Shown piece by piece: positions 39,176-47,900 of a stretch of 64,000 nucleotides of DNA. This DNA comes from Candidatus Latescibacterota bacterium. Its GTDB lineage: Bacteria; Latescibacterota; UBA2968. The notes beneath the pieces are model-generated. The model made no database searches. It saw only the letters and a list, made by a program, of their open reading frames with translations, and was not told where the DNA came from. Position 1 is the first letter of the stretch, and the number at the start of each line of letters is the position of its first letter. A program made the position numbers and the translations under genes. The DNA is taken from assembly GCA_965207885.1 (NCBI GenBank), contig OZ242311.1:3552001-3616000 (forward strand). Direction: 5' to 3'.

Positions 39176-40357
39176 TTAAATTCGTCTAACAGCCAGCGCG
39201 ACGGCTTCGCCTCCGCCAATGCAGAGTGAGGCAATGCCAATGCGCTTGTCGGCGCGTTTCAGAGCGTGAATAAGAGTTACGAGAATGCGCGTGCCGCTCG
39301 CCCCAATGGGATGCCCCAGCGCGACAGCACCGCCATTGACATTGAGTTTTCCCCCCGGAATGCCCAGATCTTGGGCCGCCGCCATTGGAACGCCGGAAAA
39401 GGCTTCGTTGATTTCAAACAGATCGACATCCGAGACCGCAAGGGAGAGTTTGGCCAAAAGTTTGGATATGGCACCGATAGGCGCGAGTGTGAACCACTCC
39501 GGCTCCTGTGCCTGTGTGGCATAACCCAAAATCTCAACTTCGGGAGCAATACCGCAATCTTCTGCTTTTTCGTCTGAAAGGACAATAACAGACGCCGCGC
39601 CATCGTTGATACTCGACGCATTACCAGGCGTCACAGTGCCGTCTTTTGAAAACGCAGGGCGCAGTTGGCGGAGCTTGTCCTCGTCAAATCTCAGAGGTTC
39701 CTCATCCCGGTCTATGGTTGTAATTGTCTTGCCAGAAGGTGCTTCTACGGGTACAATCTCGCTGCGGAATCGACCTTCACTATCGGCGCTAAGTGCTCTG
39801 TTATAGCTACTGATGGCAAAATCATCCTGATCTTCGCGCGAAAAATCGTAGCGTTCAGCACATCGGTCACCACAGGTCCCCATGTGCAGATCATTGTACA
39901 CATCCCATAAGCCATCGCGGATCATTGAGTCAACGAGTTCGCCAGTCCCCAGTCTGTACCCCGTTCGCGCTTTTTCGAGAAGATAGGGCGCGCGGCTCAT
40001 GTTTTCCGTGCCTCCTGCGAGAATCAGGTCGGCATCGCCACACTGGATGGCCTGCGCAGCGAGCATGATGGATTTGAGGCCCGAACCACAAACTTTGTTA
40101 ATCGTTGTCGCCCCCACCGACGTATCGAGACCCGCGCCAATAGCAACCTGACGCGCGACATTTTGACCCAGCCCCGCACTGAGCACATTGCCAAAAATCA
40201 CTTCATCGACATCATCGCCGATTATGCCCGTCTGCGCTATCGAAGCTGCCGCGACCACACTGCCCAATTCAGGAGCAGACACCTCGGCAAAGCCGCCCAT
40301 AAATCCACCAATAGCCGTGCGCTTGCTCCCGGTGATATAAATGTGTTTCATGGTCAT
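39176..40357 (-). CDS. Acetyl-CoA C-acetyltransferase (thiolase)
   Basis: INKVCGSG, EINEAF, GHPIGASG, SLCIGGG. Confidence 0.95.
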   Translation of the reverse strand: MTMKHIYITGSKRTAIGGFMGGFAEVSAPELGSVVAAASIAQTGIIGDDVDEVIFGNVLSAGLGQNVARQVAIGAGLDTSVGATTINKVCGSGLKSIMLAAQAIQCGDADLILAGGTENMSRAPYLLEKARTGYRLGTGELVDSMIRDGLWDVYNDLHMGTCGDRCAERYDFSREDQDDFAISSYNRALSADSEGRFRSEIVPVEAPSGKTITTIDRDEEPLRFDEDKLRQLRPAFSKDGTVTPGNASSINDGAASVIVLSDEKAEDCGIAPEVEILGYATQAQEPEWFTLAPIGAISKLLAKLSLAVSDVDLFEINEAFSGVPMAAAQDLGIPGGKLNVNGGAVALGHPIGASGTRILVTLIHALKRADKRIGIASLCIGGGEAVALAVRRI

Positions 40358-40421
40358 ACCTCCATTTTACTATCAAGATACGTCCAGACCTGAAAATAAT
40401 GCAAGAAATAAGAGGTAAGAA

Positions 40422-40772
40422 GTGAAACATCTAATCGCCATTGCCCTGTGTAGTATTTTATGTGCATTAATCCTCCTGATGGCCTGTTCTGCACCCCCCG
40501 ATGGCAAAACCGTATTTATCGAATCGGGCTGTACAAGATGCCATGAAATCAACGGCTCTGGCGGTTCTCAAGGACCACAATTAGAGGGCTTACAGAGCAA
40601 ATGGACACCCGAATCACTGGAAGAATTTCTGAGTGATCCCCCTGCGTACGCAAAAGATAATGCTCGATTGCTGGCGTATCAAAAAAAATACCCAACGCCA
40701 ATGCCCAGACTTGAAATCACGCCCGCACGGCGAAAAATACTCGTCCAATATCTCCTTAAAAGGTATCCATGA
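40422..40772 (+). CDS. Monoheme c-type cytochrome (lipoprotein-like)
   Basis: Signal with LMAC lipobox, CTRCH heme motif, GPQL, distal MP. Confidence 0.8.
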   Translation: MKHLIAIALCSILCALILLMACSAPPDGKTVFIESGCTRCHEINGSGGSQGPQLEGLQSKWTPESLEEFLSDPPAYAKDNARLLAYQKKYPTPMPRLEITPARRKILVQYLLKRYP

Positions 40773-41089
40773 GAAATCAGATCGATAAAAAATACGAGCG
40801 GATATACAGAGAAGTTGCCAAAATTCCCGAAGGTACTGTGGCAACTTATGGACAGATTGCCGAACGGGTTGGGTGTGGACCGCGCGAAGTGGGCAGGGCG
40901 CTATCGGAATTGCCTCCTCACACATCCTGTCCCTGGCATCGGGTCATCAACGCGCGGGGAATGGTGTCCATTCGCAGCGGGAATCACATGGCACATCACA
41001 ACCAGGAAGCCCGCCTTGAACGAGAAGGCATTGTATTTGTCAATGGCCGCGTCGATCTCGAAATTTACAGGTGGGAGGCAGATTTTTAA
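40769..41089 (+). CDS. Alkyltransferase-like (ATL/YbaZ) MGMT-family protein
   Basis: IPEGTVATYGQIA, PREVGRAL, PWHRV (Trp in place of the catalytic Cys). Confidence 0.88.
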   Translation: MRNQIDKKYERIYREVAKIPEGTVATYGQIAERVGCGPREVGRALSELPPHTSCPWHRVINARGMVSIRSGNHMAHHNQEARLEREGIVFVNGRVDLEIYRWEADF

Positions 41090-41133
41090 GGCCTGAATAC
41101 AATATCACCAGCAAGAGCGTGCAAATTTGTGTA

Positions 41134-41162
41134 TTGACAAGGGTACCCGGTTTTTTTATCAT
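41134..41162 (+). promoter_or_regulatory. sigma70 promoter for the HU gene
   Basis: TTGACA-17 bp-TATCAT. Confidence 0.65.
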
Positions 41163-41213
41163 TCACGCGCTTAGGGGAGAAATACGTCTGCAAATAATGA
41201 GAAAGGGGATGCA

Positions 41214-41510
41214 GTGACCAAAGCTGATATTGTCAATCAGATTGCCGGAGCTACGGGATTGACCAAAACAGATACTTCTGTCGTTGTAGAGGGCTTTCTC
41301 ACCTCGCTCATCGCGGCAATGCAGCAGGGTGAACACATCGAAATTCGCGGTTTTGGCACGTTTAAGGTTGTTCATCGCGCACCGCGCACAGGTCGCAATC
41401 CCAAAACGGGCGAGGTTGTCAAAATTCCCTCGCGCGCAATGCCCGTGTTCAAGCCCTCACGCGAACTGCGTAATTCTATTTCTGAAGCTTCTGTTCTTCC
41501 ATCCGGCTAA
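41214..41510 (+). CDS. HU/IHF-family nucleoid protein
   Basis: TKADIV..IEIRGFGTF..RTGRNPKTGE..PVFKPS. Confidence 0.93.
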   Translation: MTKADIVNQIAGATGLTKTDTSVVVEGFLTSLIAAMQQGEHIEIRGFGTFKVVHRAPRTGRNPKTGEVVKIPSRAMPVFKPSRELRNSISEASVLPSG

Positions 41511-41531
41511 TGCACCCACAGGAGGTAGCTC

Positions 41532-41624
41532 TTGCCCAGCGGAAAAAAGCGCAAACGCGCAAAAATCGCAACGCATAAGCGAAAAAAAAGGCGCCGAAGA
41601 GACCGACATAAAAAGAGAATCTAA
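41532..41624 (+). CDS. 30-aa basic protein, bS22 / AURKAIP1-COX24 (mS38-like) small ribosomal protein
   Basis: Below the ORF-track cutoff. AGGAGG RBS, TTG start, MPSGKKRKRAKIATHKRKKRRRRDRHKKRI*. Confidence 0.85.
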   Translation: MPSGKKRKRAKIATHKRKKRRRRDRHKKRI

Positions 41625-41646
41625 AGGCGACCTACTATACTGATGT

Positions 41647-41748
41647 TATGGATTTAGCCCCTCTGGACCTGGATATGCCGACGTTTTCAGCCACAAACGG
41701 CTGTGATACACGCTGGTATAGACCATAAAGGCAGGGGCCTATCCATAG
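41647..41748 (+). ncRNA. Candidate short 6S-like RNA (rod with central bubble)
   Basis: Nested pairings ATGGAT/ATCCAT and GCCCCT/AGGGGC, an internal bubble, TATGCCGACGT/ACGCTGGTATA and CAGCC/GGCTG; TATACT -10 box at 41636-41641. Confidence 0.45.
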
Positions 41749-41758
41749 TCTGCCCTCT

Positions 41759-41835
41759 GCGGCATTAGCTCAGTTGGATAGAGCACTGGTCTCCGGAACC
41801 AGAGGTCACAGGTTCGAATCCTGTATGTCGCACCA
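41759..41835 (+). tRNA. tRNA-Arg(CCG)
   Basis: GCGGCAT/ATGTCGC acceptor stem, CTGGT-CTCCGGA-ACCAG anticodon arm, GGTTCGAATCC, CCA; 77 nt. Confidence 0.96.
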
Positions 41836-41840
41836 CAACC

Positions 41841-41880
41841 AATGGGGCGAGAGTTACAAACGACTCTCGCCCCATTTTTT
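41841..41880. terminator. Intrinsic terminator between tRNA-Arg and the convergent obgE
   Basis: AATGGGGCGAGAGT-loop-ACTCTCGCCCCATTTTTT. Confidence 0.8.
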
Positions 41881-41900
41881 GCGTCTCACTTCGCTTATGC

Positions 41901-42881
41901 CTATGCGTCTATTTGTCTTATCAGATCCCGTAACTCCTGAATCAGCGCGTCCAGACCCTGACCTGTGACAGAGGAAATTCCCATATCTGTTTGTCCCTGA
42001 AAAAATGGCGCCCTGCGGTGTTCGGGTGGCAACAAATCCAGCTTAGTGGCAATGAGCATCGCGGGTTTCTCGCGCAATTTGGGACTGAAACGATCGAGTT
42101 CTTCTCTCAAAACTGACAGGTCGTATTCGGGATTGGGGCTGGTGACATCGACCATAAAAAGGAGAACGCGTGTGCGTTCAATATGGCGCAAAAACTGAAA
42201 CCCAAGCCCTTTGCCGCGATGCGCCCCTTCAATCAGGCCGGGAATGTCTGCCATAACAAAGCTATCGTAATCGCCGCATTTGACAATGCCCAGATTGGGT
42301 TGCAGGGTCGTAAAGGGGTAATCTGCGATTTTGGGTCGCGCCGCAGATACTCTTGATAGAAGAGTCGATTTACCCGCATTTGGATGGCCGACCAGACCGA
42401 CATCGGCGATGAGTTTGAGCTCGAGCTCCAGATGGCGTTCTCGTCCCGATTCTCCGGGCTGGACATACTCTGGCGCTCTGTTTGTCGGCGTGGCAAAACG
42501 CGCATTGCCACGGCCCCCGCGACCGCCCTCAAGCAAAACAACGCGCTGATCTGATTCAGTCAAATCCGCGAGAATTTCACCCGTTTCTGTATCCTTGATA
42601 AGCGTGCCAACCGGTACGGGAATTTCAGCATCATCGCCCCGCCTGCCCGCTTTCTTTTGCCCCGACCCATGTTCTCCATGCCCCGCGCTCAGGTGTTGTT
42701 GATACCGATAATCGAGCAGCGTGGAAAGGCGCGGGTCTGCAATAAAAACGACATCTCCCCCCTTGCCACCATCGCCGCCATCTGGCCCCCCTCGCGGCAC
42801 ATGCTTTTCTCGGCGAAAACTTTTGCATCCATTGCCGCCGTTGCCCGAACGGGCATAAATTCTGGTTAGATCAACGAACAT
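41901..42881 (-). CDS. obgE: GTPase ObgE/CgtA
   Basis: Gly-rich Obg fold (GGPDGGDGGKGG), GHPNAGKST, YPFTT, DIPG, TKLD. Confidence 0.96.
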   Translation of the reverse strand: MFVDLTRIYARSGNGGNGCKSFRREKHVPRGGPDGGDGGKGGDVVFIADPRLSTLLDYRYQQHLSAGHGEHGSGQKKAGRRGDDAEIPVPVGTLIKDTETGEILADLTESDQRVVLLEGGRGGRGNARFATPTNRAPEYVQPGESGRERHLELELKLIADVGLVGHPNAGKSTLLSRVSAARPKIADYPFTTLQPNLGIVKCGDYDSFVMADIPGLIEGAHRGKGLGFQFLRHIERTRVLLFMVDVTSPNPEYDLSVLREELDRFSPKLREKPAMLIATKLDLLPPEHRRAPFFQGQTDMGISSVTGQGLDALIQELRDLIRQIDA

Positions 42882-42892
42882 GGGAAAATTCG

Positions 42893-43651
42893 CTATGTTG
42901 CGGACTCTGCCTGTGCGCTATTTCTCAAAAGCAGAGCCTCTTCAATGGGGATGTGCTCATCTGCGCTGTTGATGAGGTCCCTCGCCGTATTGTAGGTAAA
43001 GGAAATGACCTCAATGCGCGGTCCCAGAGTTTTAACGAGATCGACCAGAGGTACAAAATCACCGTCACCACTCACGAGAACCACGACATCGAGTTTATCG
43101 ACAAATCTCATGATATCAATGGCCATGCCCATGTCCCAATCGCCTTTAGCCGATCCATCGCTGCGCTGCCGCAAATCTTTTCTTTTTACTTCATAGCTCT
43201 TTTGTTGAAGCATTGAGATAAAGTTGCTCTGGTCAACATCTGGCGATTGCACGACATAGGCAATAGCGCGGATCAAGCGGCGTTTACCCACACTGAGTTC
43301 CAGCAGTTTTTCAAAATCGAGACGCGCATTAAACGGTTTTGCGGCATAAAAGATATTCTGTACATCGACAAATATCCCAACCCGCAATTCCGTCGTGGGA
43401 ATGTCTGTGCGCCGATCTAACCGGGCTCTGGCATTGGCCTGTAGAGCGGCGATACTTTTCTGAATGGCATCGAGAGTAGCAAAAATTTCCCGACGCTCTC
43501 GAGCACCGCTAATAGCTTCTTTATAGACCCTATTCTTAATCTCTCGAAGGTCTCGAATCGAAGCCTGTGCTATGTTAATCTGATCTAATTTTTGCTCAAT
43601 GCGCGCTATTGCCTCTTGTATTTCCACAATCTGATCTTTAAAGTCTGCCAT
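42893..43651 (-). CDS. NYN-domain (LabA/DUF88) protein with an N-terminal coiled coil
   Basis: IFVDVQN, KGDWD, LVSGDGDF, LINSADE; heptad-rich first ~80 aa. Confidence 0.85.
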   Translation of the reverse strand: MADFKDQIVEIQEAIARIEQKLDQINIAQASIRDLREIKNRVYKEAISGARERREIFATLDAIQKSIAALQANARARLDRRTDIPTTELRVGIFVDVQNIFYAAKPFNARLDFEKLLELSVGKRRLIRAIAYVVQSPDVDQSNFISMLQQKSYEVKRKDLRQRSDGSAKGDWDMGMAIDIMRFVDKLDVVVLVSGDGDFVPLVDLVKTLGPRIEVISFTYNTARDLINSADEHIPIEEALLLRNSAQAESAT

Positions 43652-43654
43652 TTG

Positions 43655-44509
43655 TTATGGAGTCTCCGATATTAGTTTGTGTAACCCTGCGCCAAGGGCA
43701 AGGGCAAATCTGCTCGCCTGTCCGAGTTCTTCGCGATCTCGTTTTGGCAACCGCGCAGTATCTATACCGAGAAATATGGGATATTCCTCAAGGCTGAGAC
43801 TGGCTGGTGGATCAATAGCCGGTATGTCCCCCGACAGATAAACCCGTTTGCAGGGGCGGTGTGAAGAACTGGCGAGAGAGAACCAGCGTTGCAGACTTGA
43901 AGAATTGGGAACAGTTGTTTCAACACCGATTAAAATACCATTTTCAACGGAAACGTAACAAGACCCATCGGGATCGCTGTGAATAGCCATTTTCCTACCT
44001 GCCTCCCATACGCGAGCGGGTAGGCCAGCACAAAATAGAGCCAGCGGAGCGACGGAGAGATGCAGGTGGGTTTCGCCCAGTGCAGAACACAGGGTTTCGC
44101 ATGCGTCAATCACCCCGTTGCGCACTGCGGTCCAAAAAGCCACGCGGCCCACCGCAATAAAGTCGATCACACTATTGTCAACAGGAGAAATAAGTGCCTG
44201 AGATGCTTCCCAAAAAATCTGCTCTCGGCGGTCTTCTTCTCCCGCGACTTCGAGAGGAATTTTTTGGATGTGATACAGGCCACCCGAAAGACAAAAAGAA
44301 AGCGTGCCAATCGGTTTTGGCAGGCTTTCAAGTGCTTGTCCCAATTCCTCAACAAAGGATTTGGACACTTCTTTTTCGGGATCAAAATCAAAAGCCTCCG
44401 ATACGCGCTGGTTAATAAGACCCCTGAGATAATATGCATTATCCAATTTTTCAAGATGGACCACGCGCAAGGTGTTGCCCGAAATATGAATGCCCGTCGC
44501 TGTGCTCAT
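43655..44509 (-). CDS. Hypothetical protein, divergent PilM-like (actin-fold) candidate
   Basis: N-terminal GIHISGNTLRVVHL, VYLSG and C-terminal FALALGAGL resemble PilM landmarks. Confidence 0.45.
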   Translation of the reverse strand: MSTATGIHISGNTLRVVHLEKLDNAYYLRGLINQRVSEAFDFDPEKEVSKSFVEELGQALESLPKPIGTLSFCLSGGLYHIQKIPLEVAGEEDRREQIFWEASQALISPVDNSVIDFIAVGRVAFWTAVRNGVIDACETLCSALGETHLHLSVAPLALFCAGLPARVWEAGRKMAIHSDPDGSCYVSVENGILIGVETTVPNSSSLQRWFSLASSSHRPCKRVYLSGDIPAIDPPASLSLEEYPIFLGIDTARLPKRDREELGQASRFALALGAGLHKLISETP

Positions 44510-44970
44510 GGCGTACTCATCGTAAGGTGTGGCCGCAAGCGATCTAGGGTTTTGGAACCAATACCCTTGACCTTTGTAATATCGTCAATGCGCTTAAATG
44601 CCCCATTCTCTTCGCGATAAGCCACAATGCGTCCCGCAAGTTGAGGCCCAATACGGGGCAGACGCTCAAACTCTTTTGCTGTTGCCGAGTTGATATCGAT
44701 TAATTCCCCCGCCGGAGAAATTTCTACTTTTTCTTTTTTTTCAGAGGCGTCCTCTTTTCCGCCCGCCTTGGCTGGCGACAGGTATTGGTGAACTTCTACT
44801 TCTTCTCGCGGTGGAACTTCCACAGCATTTTTTCGCACCTCAAAATCGGGAATGCGATCCGGATCTTTACTGTCGAGATAACGGATAACAATCCCCACAA
44901 TAAGAACGCCGCAAAGCATCAACAGAATAATTTGTTCGTTGCGGTTAAAAGTGAACATGGAAAAGTCCAA
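44506..44970 (-). CDS. comEA: ComEA-family helix-hairpin-helix DNA-binding membrane protein
   Basis: N-terminal TM; IDINSAT..LPRIGPQLAGRIVAYREENGAF..VKGIG. Confidence 0.85.
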   Translation of the reverse strand: MDFSMFTFNRNEQIILLMLCGVLIVGIVIRYLDSKDPDRIPDFEVRKNAVEVPPREEVEVHQYLSPAKAGGKEDASEKKEKVEISPAGELIDINSATAKEFERLPRIGPQLAGRIVAYREENGAFKRIDDITKVKGIGSKTLDRLRPHLTMSTP

Positions 44971-47900
44971 TTATTGAAATCCGATTTCACCCCAGAATCG
45001 AAAATCCCAGGTCACATTAGTGAGGTCGCGCAGGTGGTCTTTGCGCCGTTCATGGCGAAACGTAGTCCCGCCTGTAAATCGCGAGCTAAAGGCATATTGC
45101 GTACCCAGGCTAACAGACCAGGATGTCGAGTTTTGACGGATAATGGGTTCGGCTGGCACATCGGGTTCGGCACTTCGGGGCATTTCGGTTTGTGTATTCA
45201 AATTGCGTGAAAAGGAAAGCGTGAGGTCGAGAGTGCGCTGAAATCTTCCGCGCAGTGAATAGCGCACATCTGCTTGCAATGTGCCGTTTTCCGTCAAAGT
45301 GGTTCCGATCAGGCGATCGGCAAGGGTCGGTTGAACAGAAGCTGTATCGGCAGTCACATTGCGCTGATAGCGAATTTCATCGTTGCGGCTCTGGCGGCGG
45401 CTAAATGTCGTATTCATATCGCCCTTCCAGCGCGCACTCCACTGAAAAAGCGGATTGTATGATATTTCTCTTGCATCACTTGTCAGATAACGCGACGAGA
45501 GATTGAGACTGCCATCACCCCGTCGGGTGCGCGATTCCTGGTACCCAAAAGTGGCATTGGAACTGACCCAAAACCAGCCGATCAAAGGCACGCGCTCAAG
45601 ACCGCGCCAACTCGCGTCAAATTTGGGAAAGATGACCTGATCATCTTTGCCGAGTGTATTGCCCGTGCGTTCGTTTTCGGAATAATTGGCAGAGGTGTTA
45701 AAATTCAGCCCCAGGGGCAGCCGAATACCACTGGATACCTGTGCCTGTCTTCGCACATTGCTGGCATTGGTTCTCGTTCCCGTGCTCGCGACCACAATGG
45801 GGACCTGGATCGTATCTTGAAAACCAAATTGATAGGCCAATGAGGGACGGGCCGTGAGACCAAACAAATTATTTGATTTGTTCTGAGAAACACTGCTCGT
45901 CACATTCTGAAGGCGGCCACCCACTTTTCCAATCCACTGCAAAATGGAAAAACCATCGTCTTTACCGGACTTGCGCGTCCAGCGTTGAAACAAGCTGGGC
46001 AAGTTGAGATTGATGCGCGCATTCGCCGTTTGCTGGTTATTGACCGTGAGTCCGCGCCTAACGCTACCGTACTGCACGCGCTCCCCACCGATTTCGAAGC
46101 GATCCGTGTACGTAGCCGAATACGACGGATTCACGGTGATCCAGTTGGAAATACGCGGCGTAAATCTGAAATTGAGCGATTGATTGCGCGATATTTCGCG
46201 TCCAAATTGGAGTTGGGTCAGGGCGTATCCATTTCGCAAATCGCGGTTGAGAGTAAGCGAATAATCGGCATTCAGACTGCGAAATGGCGAGAGTTTAATG
46301 GCATAATTTTCGGTCAGGTTGAAAGTCTCTCGCACTGTATCAATCACATTTGAAGTGTCGCCTGCGATGGCGCGAAATGAGGTCTGATCCGATACTCCGC
46401 GATTAAAGCGCAGATTGTAATTGATGCTGGAGGGCAGGTAAAAAAACTGCGCCTCTTTGAGCGGTTTGTAAAAGGGCACCCACTTGAAAATGGCGAGAGC
46501 TTCGCGCTGAGACCACACCTGATTATAGGTCATATTGCCGTTTAGGTTCTCGTTCAGGCTTCGCCTGCGCTGTGTAATCGCACCCGTTGTCGATGCGTCA
46601 GAACTATAGTTGAGTGACGTGGAGGCTTTGTCAAAAAAAATGCGAGACAGCAGGCTCGGGTCTTCGCGTGCTGGCCGCTTTCTCAGCGAAAGGGTAAAGC
46701 GCGTCTGAGAGCGCACATCGCTTTCGCTGATTTTTTGTTCGGGAGTGAGCACAATATCCGATCCCGGGCGTATGCGGGGGCTTGATGTATAGCGATTATA
46801 GCTGAATCGGACGGGCATGGAGGTATTCCACTCTTTGGGAAAGAATTTGTCGATATTGAACTGGCTGTCAAAGTTGAAGCGCGTGGTGGTGTTGCCCGAA
46901 GCCCTGCCTTGCAGATCTTGGAAATCACCGCTTCGGCGTTCCAAATTGACCGTCAAATTGCCCAAATCGGCCAGGGTTATGCGCGTATCGGCCAGGGCAG
47001 ATAAGGCGGGTTTTTTGCGGATATCATCAACGCGCAATTCATCCATCCAAACTTCGTTTTCGCCAATGAAAATCTCATCGCCGCGGTTGCGAATCCCCAC
47101 AGTAAAGGCTCTGATCGAAGCCAATGCGGGATTGCCGCGCACGATATAGGTGCGACCATCCACATCGATCTCTATGCGATTGCCCTCTTTGTCGTAGCGA
47201 GCGAGAAAATCGCCACGGCGAAGCGACACACTAACGGTATCAGACACTTGCTCGGTGGCTTGAAGACCCAGCAATTGGCCTTTGAGTTGCGACATGACCT
47301 CGAGGTCTAAACGGACGGTATTGGTCTCTTCTGCCCAACCGCGATAAACCCGCGAGCGGTATTCGTAATAGTTGAGAGAATCGTCATTGATGGGGGCAAA
47401 ACGCATAAAAAATTCGATGGGACTGGGGCCCGTAATCAAGGAATCTGCGGCGTCTGAAAAATTGGTGCTATACGTCGGATCGGCCGGGTTGCCGCCATGC
47501 AAAAACAACGTCATAACACCGTATTCGGTATAGTCCTCGCCATTGGCAAAACTGCGGGATGCAGAGATGGATTCGCCCGGGTAGAGATCGACAAATTCGA
47601 GCACCAGAGAATTTTCAGACAAACGAATACCCGTGGTGGGGTCAATTTCTCGCTCGAGACCCGGAGGAGATTCGTAAAAGGAGTTGTTCGTGCCGATAGT
47701 CGAAACCTGAAAATCGCCCGATAACTGCCCGAAAGCGACCGGGTCTTCCTGCCATTCACTGCCGGTCGCACTAAATGTATAGATTTCGACAGAGGTGGTG
47801 TCGTTGTGTTCGAACCAGACGCGCACAAAGTCAATCTCGCTGGCAAATGTGGTGTCGGGACTACCCTCAAAGGTACGGGGCGCGTCTTGCCCTTTGAGGG

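Noticed and set aside
41329-41643. 104-aa ORF overlapping HU
   Set aside because: Out-of-frame overlap with HU. The region is better explained by the RBS-supported 30-aa bS22-like gene in another frame.
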